Source: an uncultured Actinomycetota bacterium (GTDB lineage Bacteria; Actinomycetota; Actinomycetes; Propionibacteriales; Nocardioidaceae). Taken from it: a stretch of 64,000 bases of DNA. A program made the position numbers and the translations under genes. The DNA lies in assembly GCA_963839625.1 (NCBI GenBank), contig CAWIWE010000021.1, forward strand, positions 2,249 to 66,248, in the 5' to 3' direction. The notes under the pieces are model-generated. The model was given only the letters and a program-made list of their open reading frames with translations, did no database searches and was not told where the DNA came from. Below, one piece after another: positions 1 through 11,437 of this stretch. How positions within the stretch are numbered: position 1 is the stretch's first letter; every line of letters begins with the position of its first letter.

Positions 1-2
1 CC

Positions 3-149
3 CTCGACGCCGACGACGCGCACATCGGGCTGATCCAGTTCAAGGTCGGCACCGGAGGCGACGCGGTCGAGTACCTCGGCGAGTGGGACCTCCCGCTGAA
101 CCGCGCCCTGTACCTCGCGTTCACCGCCTACATGAGGCGGCGTTCATGA
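3..149 (+). CDS. femX: 3' end (partial) of FemX/FemAB-family peptidoglycan bridge aminoacyltransferase
   Basis: Frame from nt 3 reads LDADDAHIGLIQFKVGTGGDAVEYLGEWDLPLN...YMRRRS*; GLIQFKxG and GEWD match FemABX C-termini; conserved position upstream of the alanine-racemase-like gene. Confidence 0.75.
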   Translation, partial: LDADDAHIGLIQFKVGTGGDAVEYLGEWDLPLNRALYLAFTAYMRRRS

Positions 150-159
150 TGGGGGCAGG

Positions 160-1191
160 ATGACCTTCGACCTGCATGTCGACGCGGCCCGCTGGCGGCG
201 GCATCTCGCCGGGTTCACCGCAGCCACTCCGGGCCTCGTCCCGGTGGTGAAGGGCAACGGCTACGGCCTGGGTCGCGACCTGCTCGCGGCCGAGGCCACC
301 ACGCTCGGCTGCTCGATGCTCGCGGTCGGCACCTACGCCGAGGTACCGGACGCGCTCGCCGCATTCGGCGGAGACGTCATGGTGCTCAGCCCGTGGCGAC
401 CGTTCCTCACCGACGTCACGTACGACGACCGCGTCGTGCACACGGTCGGCCGGGTCGACGACGTCTCGGCGCTGGCCGCACGCACCGAAGAGATCCGCGT
501 CGTCATCGAGGGCGAGACATCGATGGCACGTCACGGGTTCGACCGGCACGAGCTCGCCGCGTGCGCGGATGTGCTGGGCGACCTGCGTGTCGAGGGATTC
601 GCCGTGCACCTGCCGATGGCGGGTGACAACCTCGTCGAGGCAGAGTCGTGGGCGGCTGCGCTCGGTGCCTCCCAGATCGAGACCGACACCGTCTATCTCT
701 CCCACCTCACCGCTACTGAGCTGGCCGAGCTGAGCGAGCGTCGACCACAGCTGACGGTCCGGCCACGCATCGGCACGGCGCTGTGGCTGGGCGACCTGGG
801 TGCGTTCGACGTCCGCTCCACCGTGCTCGACCTGCACCACGTGTCACGCGGCGAGCGAGTGGGATACCGGCAGCGTCCGTTGCCACGCGACGGATACCTG
901 CTCGTGCTCGCCGGCGGCACCAGCCACGGCCTCGGCCTGGAGGCGCCTCGGGCCCAGGGCAGCGCACTGCAGCGCGGCAAGACGCTGGCCAAGGGCGGGC
1001 TCGAGGCGGCCGGGTTCGCGCTGAGCCCGTTCACCGTCGACGGCAAGCAACGTTGGTTCGCCGAACCGCCGCACATGCAGGCCAGCCTGGTGTTCCTGCC
1101 CGCCGCGGCCCGTCCACCCGAGGTGGGCGACACCGTGTCCGCGGCCGTTCGTTACACGACCGCCACGTTCGACGCGATCACGCTGGACTGA
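160..1191 (+). CDS. Alanine racemase-like PLP-dependent protein
   Basis: VPVVKGNGYGLG PLP-lysine motif, ETSMARHG, RPRIGTALW and C-terminal VGYRQ. Confidence 0.8.
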   Translation: MTFDLHVDAARWRRHLAGFTAATPGLVPVVKGNGYGLGRDLLAAEATTLGCSMLAVGTYAEVPDALAAFGGDVMVLSPWRPFLTDVTYDDRVVHTVGRVDDVSALAARTEEIRVVIEGETSMARHGFDRHELAACADVLGDLRVEGFAVHLPMAGDNLVEAESWAAALGASQIETDTVYLSHLTATELAELSERRPQLTVRPRIGTALWLGDLGAFDVRSTVLDLHHVSRGERVGYRQRPLPRDGYLLVLAGGTSHGLGLEAPRAQGSALQRGKTLAKGGLEAAGFALSPFTVDGKQRWFAEPPHMQASLVFLPAAARPPEVGDTVSAAVRYTTATFDAITLD

Positions 1192-1197
1192 CGAGCC

Positions 1198-3438
<2,241 letters not shown>

Positions 3439-3650
3439 GGTTGGGCTTCCTCTGCTGGGCTTTGCTCAGTGGTCCGGAGCAGGCTCAAGACGGTTCGGCC
3501 CATTCTGACCGACGAACCTGAGAGGAACCTGGCGGGGGTGCCGGGCTTCGTGTGGCACATGGACAGGGTGCGAACCCCGGGTTCTGCGTGCAATGCCGGG
3601 GTGTGCGGCATCACTTCCCAATCCGGTGGCGCGAACGTGCAGACGCGATG

Positions 3651-3663
3651 TATCGTTCCGATA
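3651..3663. promoter_or_regulatory. Palindrome TATCG-N3-CGATA, candidate PadR operator
   Basis: tatcgttccgata lies about 50 nt upstream of the padR start in the divergent ponA/padR intergenic region. Confidence 0.4.
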
Positions 3664-3711
3664 TACCAGTTCGTCACCATGCGGACATCTCGAATTCAGA
3701 CTAGGGACACC

Positions 3712-4353
3712 ATGACACGGCGCGGAGCAGCTCTCGAGCTAGCAGTCCTCGGACTGCTGCACGACGCTCCCATGCACGGCTACGAGCTGCGCAAGCAGCT
3801 CATCGCCCTGCTCGGCTGGGGTCGTGTGCTGTCGTACGGCACGCTGTACCCCTGCCTGAAGGCACTGGTCAAGGACGGCTACATCGTGGCCGATCCGCCC
3901 GCTCCCAAGTCGGCCAAGGCCAAGACGGCGAAGGCTGGCCCGGACACCGTTCGCGGCCGCCGCAACCGGATCGTCTACCGCCTCACCGCCGAGGGCAAGG
4001 AGCGCTTCGCCCAGGCCCTCGAGGAGTCCGGCCCGTCCACGTGGGACGACGAAAGCTTCGGCGTACGGTTCGCGTTCTTCGCGCGCACCGACTCGCCGAC
4101 CAGGGTGCGCATCCTCGAGGGGCGGCGCAGCCGATTGGAAGAACGGTTGGAGAACGTCCGTACGTCGACCCAGCGCGGTCGCGAACGGGCGGACTCGTAC
4201 ACGCTGGAGCTGCAACGGCACGGGTTGGAGTCGGTCGAGCGCGAAGTGCGCTGGCTGACCGAGCTCATCGACCGTGAACGCTCAGGGGGCTACGGGGAGA
4301 CGGCCGACAAGCACGCCGCCAGCAAGAACGACAAGACCAAGGAAACATCATGA
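3712..4353 (+). CDS. PadR-family transcriptional regulator (Rv0047c-like)
   Basis: [21 protein letters not shown]...[10 protein letters not shown]...YRLTAEG; conserved partner directly upstream of ino1; only the 3' part of the 1216..4353 ORF is real. Confidence 0.9.
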   Translation: MTRRGAALELAVLGLLHDAPMHGYELRKQLIALLGWGRVLSYGTLYPCLKALVKDGYIVADPPAPKSAKAKTAKAGPDTVRGRRNRIVYRLTAEGKERFAQALEESGPSTWDDESFGVRFAFFARTDSPTRVRILEGRRSRLEERLENVRTSTQRGRERADSYTLELQRHGLESVEREVRWLTELIDRERSGGYGETADKHAASKNDKTKETS

Positions 4354-4367
4354 ATGGAGGAGAACCC

Positions 4368-5447
4368 ATGGGTTCTGTTCGTGTAGCCATCGTGGGCGTC
4401 GGCAACTGCGCCACGTCCCTGATCCAGGGCATCGAGTACTACCGGGACGCCGACCCACAAGGCAACGTCCCCGGTCTGATGCATGTTCAGTTCGGCGAAT
4501 ATCACGTCAGTGATGTCGAGTTCGTCGCTGCGTTCGACGTCGACGCCAAGAAGGTCGGCTTCGACCTCTCGGAGTCGATCACCGCGAGCGAGAACAACAC
4601 GATCAAGTTCGCCGACGTGCCACCCCTGGGCGTCACCGTGCAGCGTGGTCACACGCTCGACGGCCTCGGCAAGTACTACCTCGAGACCATCGAGGAGTCC
4701 GACGCCCCGCCCGTCGACGTCGTGCAGGTGCTCAAGGACACCAAGGCCGACGTGCTCGTGTCCTACCTGCCGGTGGGCTCCGAGCTCGCCGACAAGTTCT
4801 ACGCGCAGTGCGCCCTCGATGCGGGCGTGGCCTTCGTCAACGCACTCCCGGTGTTCATCGCGTCCGATCCCGAGTGGGCCAAGAAGTTCGAGGACGCCGG
4901 CGTGCCGATCATCGGCGACGACATCAAGAGCCAGGTCGGCGCCACCATCACGCACCGCGTGCTGGCGAAGCTGTTCGAGGACCGCGGCGTGGTGCTCGAC
5001 CGCACGTACCAGCTGAACGTCGGCGGCAACATGGACTTCAAGAACATGCTCGAGCGCGACCGCCTCGAGAGCAAGAAGATCTCGAAGACCCAGGCCGTCA
5101 CGTCCAACCTCTCGCATGACCTCGGCGCCAAGAACGTGCACATCGGCCCGAGCGACTACGTGCAGTGGCTCGACGACCGCAAGTGGGCGTACGTCCGGCT
5201 CGAGGGCCGCGCCTTCGGCGACGTGCCGCTCAACATGGAGTACAAGCTCGAGGTCTGGGACTCCCCCAACTCGGCCGGCATCATCATCGACGCCATCCGG
5301 GCAGCCAAGATCGCCAAGGATCGCGGCATCGGCGGACCGCTCATCAGCGCCTCGTCGTACCTGATGAAGTCGCCGCCCGTGCAGCGTCCGGACGACCTCG
5401 GCCGCGAGAAGCTCGAAGCGTTCATCGCGGGTACCGAAGAGCGCTGA
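4368..5447 (+). CDS. ino1: myo-inositol-1-phosphate synthase
   Basis: [47 protein letters not shown] upstream. Confidence 0.96.
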   Translation: MGSVRVAIVGVGNCATSLIQGIEYYRDADPQGNVPGLMHVQFGEYHVSDVEFVAAFDVDAKKVGFDLSESITASENNTIKFADVPPLGVTVQRGHTLDGLGKYYLETIEESDAPPVDVVQVLKDTKADVLVSYLPVGSELADKFYAQCALDAGVAFVNALPVFIASDPEWAKKFEDAGVPIIGDDIKSQVGATITHRVLAKLFEDRGVVLDRTYQLNVGGNMDFKNMLERDRLESKKISKTQAVTSNLSHDLGAKNVHIGPSDYVQWLDDRKWAYVRLEGRAFGDVPLNMEYKLEVWDSPNSAGIIIDAIRAAKIAKDRGIGGPLISASSYLMKSPPVQRPDDLGREKLEAFIAGTEER

Positions 5448-5462
5448 TATCCACCGCACCGT

Positions 5463-5494
5463 GAAGGCCGGATCCCTCGGGGGGTCCGGTCTTC
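5463..5494 (+). terminator. Stem-loop between convergent ino1 and tetR
   Basis: gaaggccggatccc ... gggtccggtcttc inverted repeat with G-U pairs. Confidence 0.7.
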
Positions 5495-5513
5495 GCTTGG
5501 TGGTGAACCGAGC

Positions 5514-6131
5514 TCAGGAGCGGACGAGCGTGTCCAGGAAGACCTGGCTGCACGCGTCGACGAGCTCGTCCTGAGTCAAGGTCAGGTCGCCGTCGAGCCA
5601 TGCCGTGATCGCATGAGCGAGCCCGCCGACCATCATCACCGAGACGACCTCGGACGGAGGCGGGTCCAGTGGGGTGTCATCTCTCGCCTCGTCCATCAGC
5701 AGGCCGACGAACAGCCGCGTCGAGGCGCGGCGGCGTGCGGAGACCGCGGGCATCGCCGCGAGCGTCGTGGAGTAGAGCAGCCGGCCGCGGCGCACGTCCT
5801 CCGCGATGTAGCCGATCAGGGCACCGAGGCTCGTGTGGACGAGTGCATGGGCGTCCGTTCGATCGACGCCTTCGAGCGCGTCCAGCGTGGTGATCGTCAG
5901 TGCCGTGACCTCCTCGTCGTAGATCGCGACTGCGAACTCCTCCAGATCGTCGAAGCTCTCGTAGAAGTACCGCGAGGACAGCTCAGCCGCGCGGCACACG
6001 CCGCGGACGGTGAAGTTGCCCGGCCCGTCGGCAGACGCCAGCAGCTCGAGCCCGGCTGCGAGCAGCTGTTCCCGCCGCTCAGTCAGACGCTCGACGCCCG
6101 TGGCGCCGCCGTACATTCGCAGCATCGTCAC
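5514..6131 (-). CDS. TetR/AcrR-family transcriptional regulator
   Basis: RMYGG N-terminus; HTH FTVRGVCRAAELSSRYFYESF. Confidence 0.9.
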   Translation of the reverse strand: MTMLRMYGGATGVERLTERREQLLAAGLELLASADGPGNFTVRGVCRAAELSSRYFYESFDDLEEFAVAIYDEEVTALTITTLDALEGVDRTDAHALVHTSLGALIGYIAEDVRRGRLLYSTTLAAMPAVSARRRASTRLFVGLLMDEARDDTPLDPPPSEVVSVMMVGGLAHAITAWLDGDLTLTQDELVDACSQVFLDTLVRS

Positions 6132-6163
6132 ATCGTGACACAGGTGTGATCAGTTGAGGACCG

Positions 6164-7603
6164 TTACGCCATCTTTCGTGTGTCCCACCACTTCTTGACG
6201 GCATCCGCAGCTGCAGCTTCGCCGAGTGGCCCATGGTCCATGCGCAGCTCGAGCAGGTATCGATAGGCCTCGCCGACATCGCGGCCCGGGCCGATGCCGA
6301 GCACCTGCATGATCTGGTTCCCGTCGAGGTCCGGGCGCATCGCGTCGAGCTCCTCCTGCTCGGCGAGCACGGCGATGCGCTCCTCCAGCTCGTCGTATGT
6401 GCGCTGCAGTCGCGACGCCTTCTGACGGTTGCGGGTGGTGCAGTCGGCCCGGGTGAGGATGTGCAGGCGCTCGAGCTGGTCGCCGGCATCTCGCACGTAA
6501 CGGCGCACGGCGGAGTCGGTCCACTCGCCGGAACCGTATCCGTGGAACCGAAGGTGCAGCTCGACCAGTCGTGACACCCGGTCAACGGTGCCGTTGTCGA
6601 ATCTGAGGGCTCGAAGCCTCTTCCTCGCCAGCTTGGCGCCGACGACGTCGTGGTGGTGGAACGTCACCGTTCCGCCGGGCTGGAATCGCCGGGTCTTCGG
6701 CTTGCCGATGTCGTGGAGGAGAGCAGCCAGGCGCACGATGAGGTCCGGTCCGTCGCCCAGGCGGCTTTCCAGCTCGATGGCCTGCTCCAGGACGATCAGC
6801 GAGTGCTCGTAGACGTCCTTGTGCCGATGGTGCTCGTCGCGCTCCAGCACGAGTGCGGGCAGCTCGGGCAGCATGTGCTCGGCCAGGCCGGTCTCGACGA
6901 GGAGCCGGAGGCCGTCGACAGGACGTTCGGCGCACAGCAGCTTGACCAGCTCGTCGCGCACCCGCTCGGCCGACACGATGTCGAGCCGGTCGGCCATCGC
7001 AGACATCGCGGTGACGACCTCCGGGTGCGCGGTGAAGCCGAGCTGGGCGACGAACCTGGCCGCGCGCATCATCCGCAACGGGTCGTCGCCGAAGGAGATC
7101 CCTGCCGCCACCGGGGTGCGGACGACCTCGGCCTCCAGGTCGGCGAGCCCGCCGGCGTTGTCGACGAACTCACCGGATGGCAGCCGGACGGCCATGGCGT
7201 TGATCGCGAAGTCGCGTCGCGAGAGATCGCCGTCGAGCGTGTCGCCGAAACGAACCTGCGGCTTGCGCGACGTCGGGTCGTACTCGTCGGACCGGTAGGT
7301 GGTGATCTCGATGTGGGCCTCGCCGCGGCGCATCGCGATGGTGCCGAACTCACGTCCGACGTCCCACACCGCGTCGGTCCACCCGTCGATCACGGCGTCG
7401 ATCTGCTCGGGACGGGCGTCGGTGGTGAGGTCCCAGTCCTGGCCCACGCGACCCATCAGCGCGTCGCGCACCGGACCGCCGACGATGGCCAGCTCGTGTC
7501 CGGCCTCGGCGAACCGCTGACCGAGATCGACGAGCGCCGGCTCCGACCCCATCAGCAGGTCGAGTCGCGCTCGCTGCTCAGTCGTCGGGGCCGAAGTGGA
7601 CAC
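6164..7603 (-). CDS. cca: CCA tRNA nucleotidyltransferase (HD domain)
   Basis: VGGPVRD, DWDLTT, DLSRRDFAINAMA, DDPLRMMRAARF, LLHDIGK; start taken at GTG 7603 downstream of TAGAGT. Confidence 0.93.
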   Translation of the reverse strand: MSTSAPTTEQRARLDLLMGSEPALVDLGQRFAEAGHELAIVGGPVRDALMGRVGQDWDLTTDARPEQIDAVIDGWTDAVWDVGREFGTIAMRRGEAHIEITTYRSDEYDPTSRKPQVRFGDTLDGDLSRRDFAINAMAVRLPSGEFVDNAGGLADLEAEVVRTPVAAGISFGDDPLRMMRAARFVAQLGFTAHPEVVTAMSAMADRLDIVSAERVRDELVKLLCAERPVDGLRLLVETGLAEHMLPELPALVLERDEHHRHKDVYEHSLIVLEQAIELESRLGDGPDLIVRLAALLHDIGKPKTRRFQPGGTVTFHHHDVVGAKLARKRLRALRFDNGTVDRVSRLVELHLRFHGYGSGEWTDSAVRRYVRDAGDQLERLHILTRADCTTRNRQKASRLQRTYDELEERIAVLAEQEELDAMRPDLDGNQIMQVLGIGPGRDVGEAYRYLLELRMDHGPLGEAAAADAVKKWWDTRKMA

Positions 7604-7611
7604 GACCACAC

Positions 7612-7621
7612 ACTCTACGAT
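7612..7621. promoter_or_regulatory. Overlapping divergent -10 elements (TAGAGT on minus, TACGAT on plus)
   Basis: actcta 7612-7617 and tacgat 7616-7621; GTG starts follow at 8 nt (7603, minus) and 6 nt (7628, plus). Confidence 0.6.
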
Positions 7622-7627
7622 GAGCGC

Positions 7628-9691
7628 GTGGGTTCCCGTCGCCGTGCTGTCTGGCCAGCACTCGTGGTGACCCTGCTCCTTCCACTCGTCCCCCTCGCGT
7701 CGCCGGCCGCCGCCCAGGACGATCCCGACCTCGACGTCCGCATCACCGGGCTCAGCCCGAGCAACCTCGAGGACGAGTCCGCGGTCACGATGACGGGCAC
7801 CGTCACCAACAACAACGACCACGCCTGGACCGACGCCCAGGCGTACCTCGTCATCCCGGCCACCCCGTTCACCACGCGCAAGCAGGTCGAGGACGCGATC
7901 GACACCGGCAACGCGTACACCGGCGAACGGGTCATCGACCTGAAGTCGATCGACGAGGTCGGCGACCTGGCGCCCGGCACGACCACACGCTTCGAGGTCC
8001 GGGTGCCCTACGGGCGCCTCGGGGTCTCCGGTGCCGAGGGGGTCTACCCGGTGGGCGTCCAGATCCTCGGCACCGACGTCGACGGCAGCCGCGCCACCAA
8101 CGCGATTGCGCGGGCCACCACGTTCCTTCCACTGGTGTCGGACGACAGTCCGGATCGGGTCTCCGCCGGCGTCGTGTGGCCATTCCTCATGCCCGACCGT
8201 CGGAAGCCGAACGGTGACTACGCCGACCCAGAGGCCTTGCTCGAGCTCGTGTCGAACGGCGGCCGGATGCGCAACCAGCTCGACGTCGCCTCGGACGTCC
8301 GAGCTCGCGCGTCCACCGTCATCGTCGATCCGGCACTGCTGGTCGGCCTCGACGACGTGCGCCGCGGTCGCCACCTGCCCGACGGCGTGTCCGTGAACGA
8401 GGCCCAGCGCGAGTCGGCGTCGCGATTCCTCGACGACCTCATCGGCCTCGCGCGGCGCGACGCGTGCTGGGTGCTCGACTACGACCGCACGGACCTCCTC
8501 GGCATCACCCAGTCGCCTTCGGCCGGGCAGCTCACCGAAGTCGTCGAGCGGGCCACGGCAACGACCCTGGCTCGGTTCCAGCTCACCGGCCGGGGCGTGT
8601 CGTGGCCGACCAGCTCCGGTGTGTCCGCGCCACTGCTCTCGGCCGTGCGCGGGACCGGCGAGCGGCCCGTGATCGTGACGTCGGACGTCCTGCCCGGCTG
8701 GGAGCGCCGGGACGGCTCGCTCGTGCAGTACACGGCTCGGTCCGGCCCCATGCCGCTGCTCGTGAACGACGCCCTCGACACCGGCGTCCCCGGCCAGATC
8801 ACGACGGTCACCCTGCGCCAGCGCATGCTCAGCGAGGCCGCGCTCGCCTCGCTCCAGAGTGGCGTCGACCCCAAGTCGCTGGCCGATGCCGTCGCGATCA
8901 TCGACCCCAACTGGGATCCCGGCGTGTCCGCCGTCGATCCGCTGGACGAGGTGTTCGACGCCCCGTACGTCGACGGCGTCAGTCTCGAGGACCTGATGAG
9001 CGAGCGGCTCGCGGCGTACGACGGCACCGTGCCGCGTACGGCGAAGGCCAAGCCCATCAGCGCGCAGCAGATCGAAGCGGCCACGGACGCCGCCAAGACG
9101 TCCGACCTGATCGGCCGCATCACTCCCGACAGCACCGACGTCGAGGCAGGGCACGCCCGCGACATCGCCCAGGTGCTCGGAGTCCGGTGGCGCGAGCTGC
9201 GCACCGAGGGCCTGTCCGCCGCACGTGCGGCCGAGCGCCGCGCCGACCGCGACCTGGCCCGGATCACCATCGAGGGCCCCGACGCCGTCACCCTCTCCAG
9301 CTCGGAGGGGAGCTTCCCGGTCACCATCAGCAACAACACCGACCATCCGGTGCGGCTCGGCGTGGAGATCGACTCGAGCAACCCGTCGCTCAGCGTGCCC
9401 GAGTCCGACTCCGTCGACGTCGGGGCCGACGAGCGCCACACGCTCACGGTCGCCGTCGACATGAACCAGCAGAGCTCGGCAACGCTCACCGCCCGGATGG
9501 TCACGTCTGACGGGGAGGTGTTCGGCGATCCGGCCGTCTTCAACGTTCGGTCGAGTCGTGTCGGCGTTGCGTTGTGGGTCGCGATCGGCGCCGCGGTGGT
9601 CTTCGTGGTGCTCGCCCTGGCCCGCCGGTTCCGGAAGCAGCCCAATCAAGCGGAACCGTCGCAGCCGTTCGAAGGCGCCGCCGATGACTGA
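7628..9691 (+). CDS. Secreted/membrane-anchored protein upstream of murJ (DUF6049-like)
   Basis: Signal peptide ending ASPAAA-QD, GVYPVGV motif, Ig-like C-terminal part, C-terminal TM followed by RRFRK; conserved location. Confidence 0.8.
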   Translation: MGSRRRAVWPALVVTLLLPLVPLASPAAAQDDPDLDVRITGLSPSNLEDESAVTMTGTVTNNNDHAWTDAQAYLVIPATPFTTRKQVEDAIDTGNAYTGERVIDLKSIDEVGDLAPGTTTRFEVRVPYGRLGVSGAEGVYPVGVQILGTDVDGSRATNAIARATTFLPLVSDDSPDRVSAGVVWPFLMPDRRKPNGDYADPEALLELVSNGGRMRNQLDVASDVRARASTVIVDPALLVGLDDVRRGRHLPDGVSVNEAQRESASRFLDDLIGLARRDACWVLDYDRTDLLGITQSPSAGQLTEVVERATATTLARFQLTGRGVSWPTSSGVSAPLLSAVRGTGERPVIVTSDVLPGWERRDGSLVQYTARSGPMPLLVNDALDTGVPGQITTVTLRQRMLSEAALASLQSGVDPKSLADAVAIIDPNWDPGVSAVDPLDEVFDAPYVDGVSLEDLMSERLAAYDGTVPRTAKAKPISAQQIEAATDAAKTSDLIGRITPDSTDVEAGHARDIAQVLGVRWRELRTEGLSAARAAERRADRDLARITIEGPDAVTLSSSEGSFPVTISNNTDHPVRLGVEIDSSNPSLSVPESDSVDVGADERHTLTVAVDMNQQSSATLTARMVTSDGEVFGDPAVFNVRSSRVGVALWVAIGAAVVFVVLALARRFRKQPNQAEPSQPFEGAADD

Positions 9692-11327
9692 GCCCAGCGA
9701 CTCAGGAGCCATCGCCCGCAGCAGCGCCTGGATGGCGCTCGGCACGGTCGTCTCCCGGATCACCGGGGCCGTCCGGCTGCTCTTGATCGCCTTCACGATC
9801 GGCACGTTGCTCGACGCCGACCTGTTCAACAACGCCAACACCATCCCGAACGCCCTGTACATCCTGGTCGCCGGCGGCATCTTCAACGTCGTGCTCGTGC
9901 CGCAACTGGTGCGCACCATGAAGAACGACCCCGACGGTGGCGACGCCTACGCACAGCGGATCATCACGCTCGGCCTGCTCGTTCTCTCGGTCGCCACGGT
10001 CGTCCTGCTGCTGGTCGTGCCGGGGCTCGTACACGTGGTGTTCGACCAGAGGCTGTTCACCGACGGCTTCGAGCAGCAACGCGAGTCCGCGCGGCTGCTG
10101 ATGTGGCTGTGCATGCCGCAGGTGTTCTTCTACGGCGCGTTCGTGCTGGTGGGGCAGGTGCTCAACGCGCGCGGCCGGTTCGGCCCCATGATGTGGGCGC
10201 CGATCGCCAACAATCTGGTCGCGGTCGCGGTGCTCGGCGTCTACATCGGCGTCTTCGGCACCTCGAACGGCACCGACGGCTTCAGCACCGACCAGGCTCT
10301 GCTGCTCGGCCTGGGTTCCACCGTCGGCATCGCCGTGCAGATGGCCGTGCTCATCCCGTTCCTGCGACGCGCAGGGTTCGTGTTCCGCCCCCGCTTCGAC
10401 TTCCGCGGCGTCGGGCTCGGCCACACCTTGCGGCTCGGCTTCTGGACCCTGTTGTTCATCCTGGCCAACCAGGTGGCGTTCATCGTCATCCAGCGACTCG
10501 GCACGCGGGGCACCCTCGAAGGAGCGGAGACCGGTGCCGCGGCCGCCGGCTCCGCCGTCTACGAGATCGGCTTCCTGGTGAGCCAGGTGCCGCACGGCGT
10601 CATCACGGTCTCGCTGGCGACCGCGGTCATCCCGACCCTCGCCGCCCTCGCCGCTGACGGGAGACACGACCGCATGCGTGTCGAGCTCGGCCGCACTCTT
10701 CGACTGGCGCTCGCCATCATCGCCCCGCTGGCCGTGGCTGCGGCGTGCCTCGGCCCGGCCGGCGCCGACGCCATCGCGTACGGCGGCATCCGCGGCAATG
10801 CCGACGTCATCGGCATCACCGTCGCGGCGTTCGCCCCCGCCATGCTGGCCTTCACGGTGCACTACCTGATGCTGCGCGGCTTCTACGCCAACGAGGACAC
10901 CCGTACCCCGTTCTTCGTGCAGCTCGTCATCGCCACCGTGAACGTCATCGCCGCCTTCACCCTGACGCAGGACGTCGCACCGGGACGGGTGGCCGCGATG
11001 CTCGCGCTGTCGTACGGCCTGGCGTACCTCGTCGGTGCGACGATCTCGACCACTCTGCTCTCGCGCGCCATCGGGCCGGTGATCGACCGGGAGACCGTCG
11101 TCTTCGCGGTCAAGCTGGCGGTCGCCTGTGCCGTCGCGGCCGCCGTGATGCTCGGAGTGGTTGCCGGGCTGGACCGGCTCGATCTCGGCACGGAGACGTC
11201 CGGTGAGGCGCTCGGCGTGCTCGTCATAGCGGGTTCGCTCGGGGCCGCGGTGTACGTGGTCACCGCCCGCCTGCTCGGACTCGACCAGCTGTCGTACGTG
11301 GTGAAGAGCGTCCTGCGTCGGACCTGA
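9684..11327 (+). CDS. murJ: Lipid II flippase MurJ/MviN
   Basis: MALGTVVSRITG, ANTIPN, VLVPQLVR, LNARGRFGPMMWAPIANN, RGFYANEDTRTP; many TM helices. Confidence 0.93.
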   Translation: MTEPSDSGAIARSSAWMALGTVVSRITGAVRLLLIAFTIGTLLDADLFNNANTIPNALYILVAGGIFNVVLVPQLVRTMKNDPDGGDAYAQRIITLGLLVLSVATVVLLLVVPGLVHVVFDQRLFTDGFEQQRESARLLMWLCMPQVFFYGAFVLVGQVLNARGRFGPMMWAPIANNLVAVAVLGVYIGVFGTSNGTDGFSTDQALLLGLGSTVGIAVQMAVLIPFLRRAGFVFRPRFDFRGVGLGHTLRLGFWTLLFILANQVAFIVIQRLGTRGTLEGAETGAAAAGSAVYEIGFLVSQVPHGVITVSLATAVIPTLAALAADGRHDRMRVELGRTLRLALAIIAPLAVAAACLGPAGADAIAYGGIRGNADVIGITVAAFAPAMLAFTVHYLMLRGFYANEDTRTPFFVQLVIATVNVIAAFTLTQDVAPGRVAAMLALSYGLAYLVGATISTTLLSRAIGPVIDRETVVFAVKLAVACAVAAAVMLGVVAGLDRLDLGTETSGEALGVLVIAGSLGAAVYVVTARLLGLDQLSYVVKSVLRRT

Positions 11328-11437
11328 TCCGTCCTCCTCGGGTGTGGTCTGAGGGTGACCCATCACTTCGCGCGGCACCCTTGGGCGACCCGCAAGCCCG
11401 ACTAGCATTGGGAACGGATCTCTCGGAAAGGGTGTCG

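Noticed and set aside
6650..9919. Apparent giant overlapping ORFs (1251 aa minus, 1013 aa plus)
   Set aside because: Each is a real gene extended through the antisense of its divergent neighbour; true starts are near 7603 and 7628
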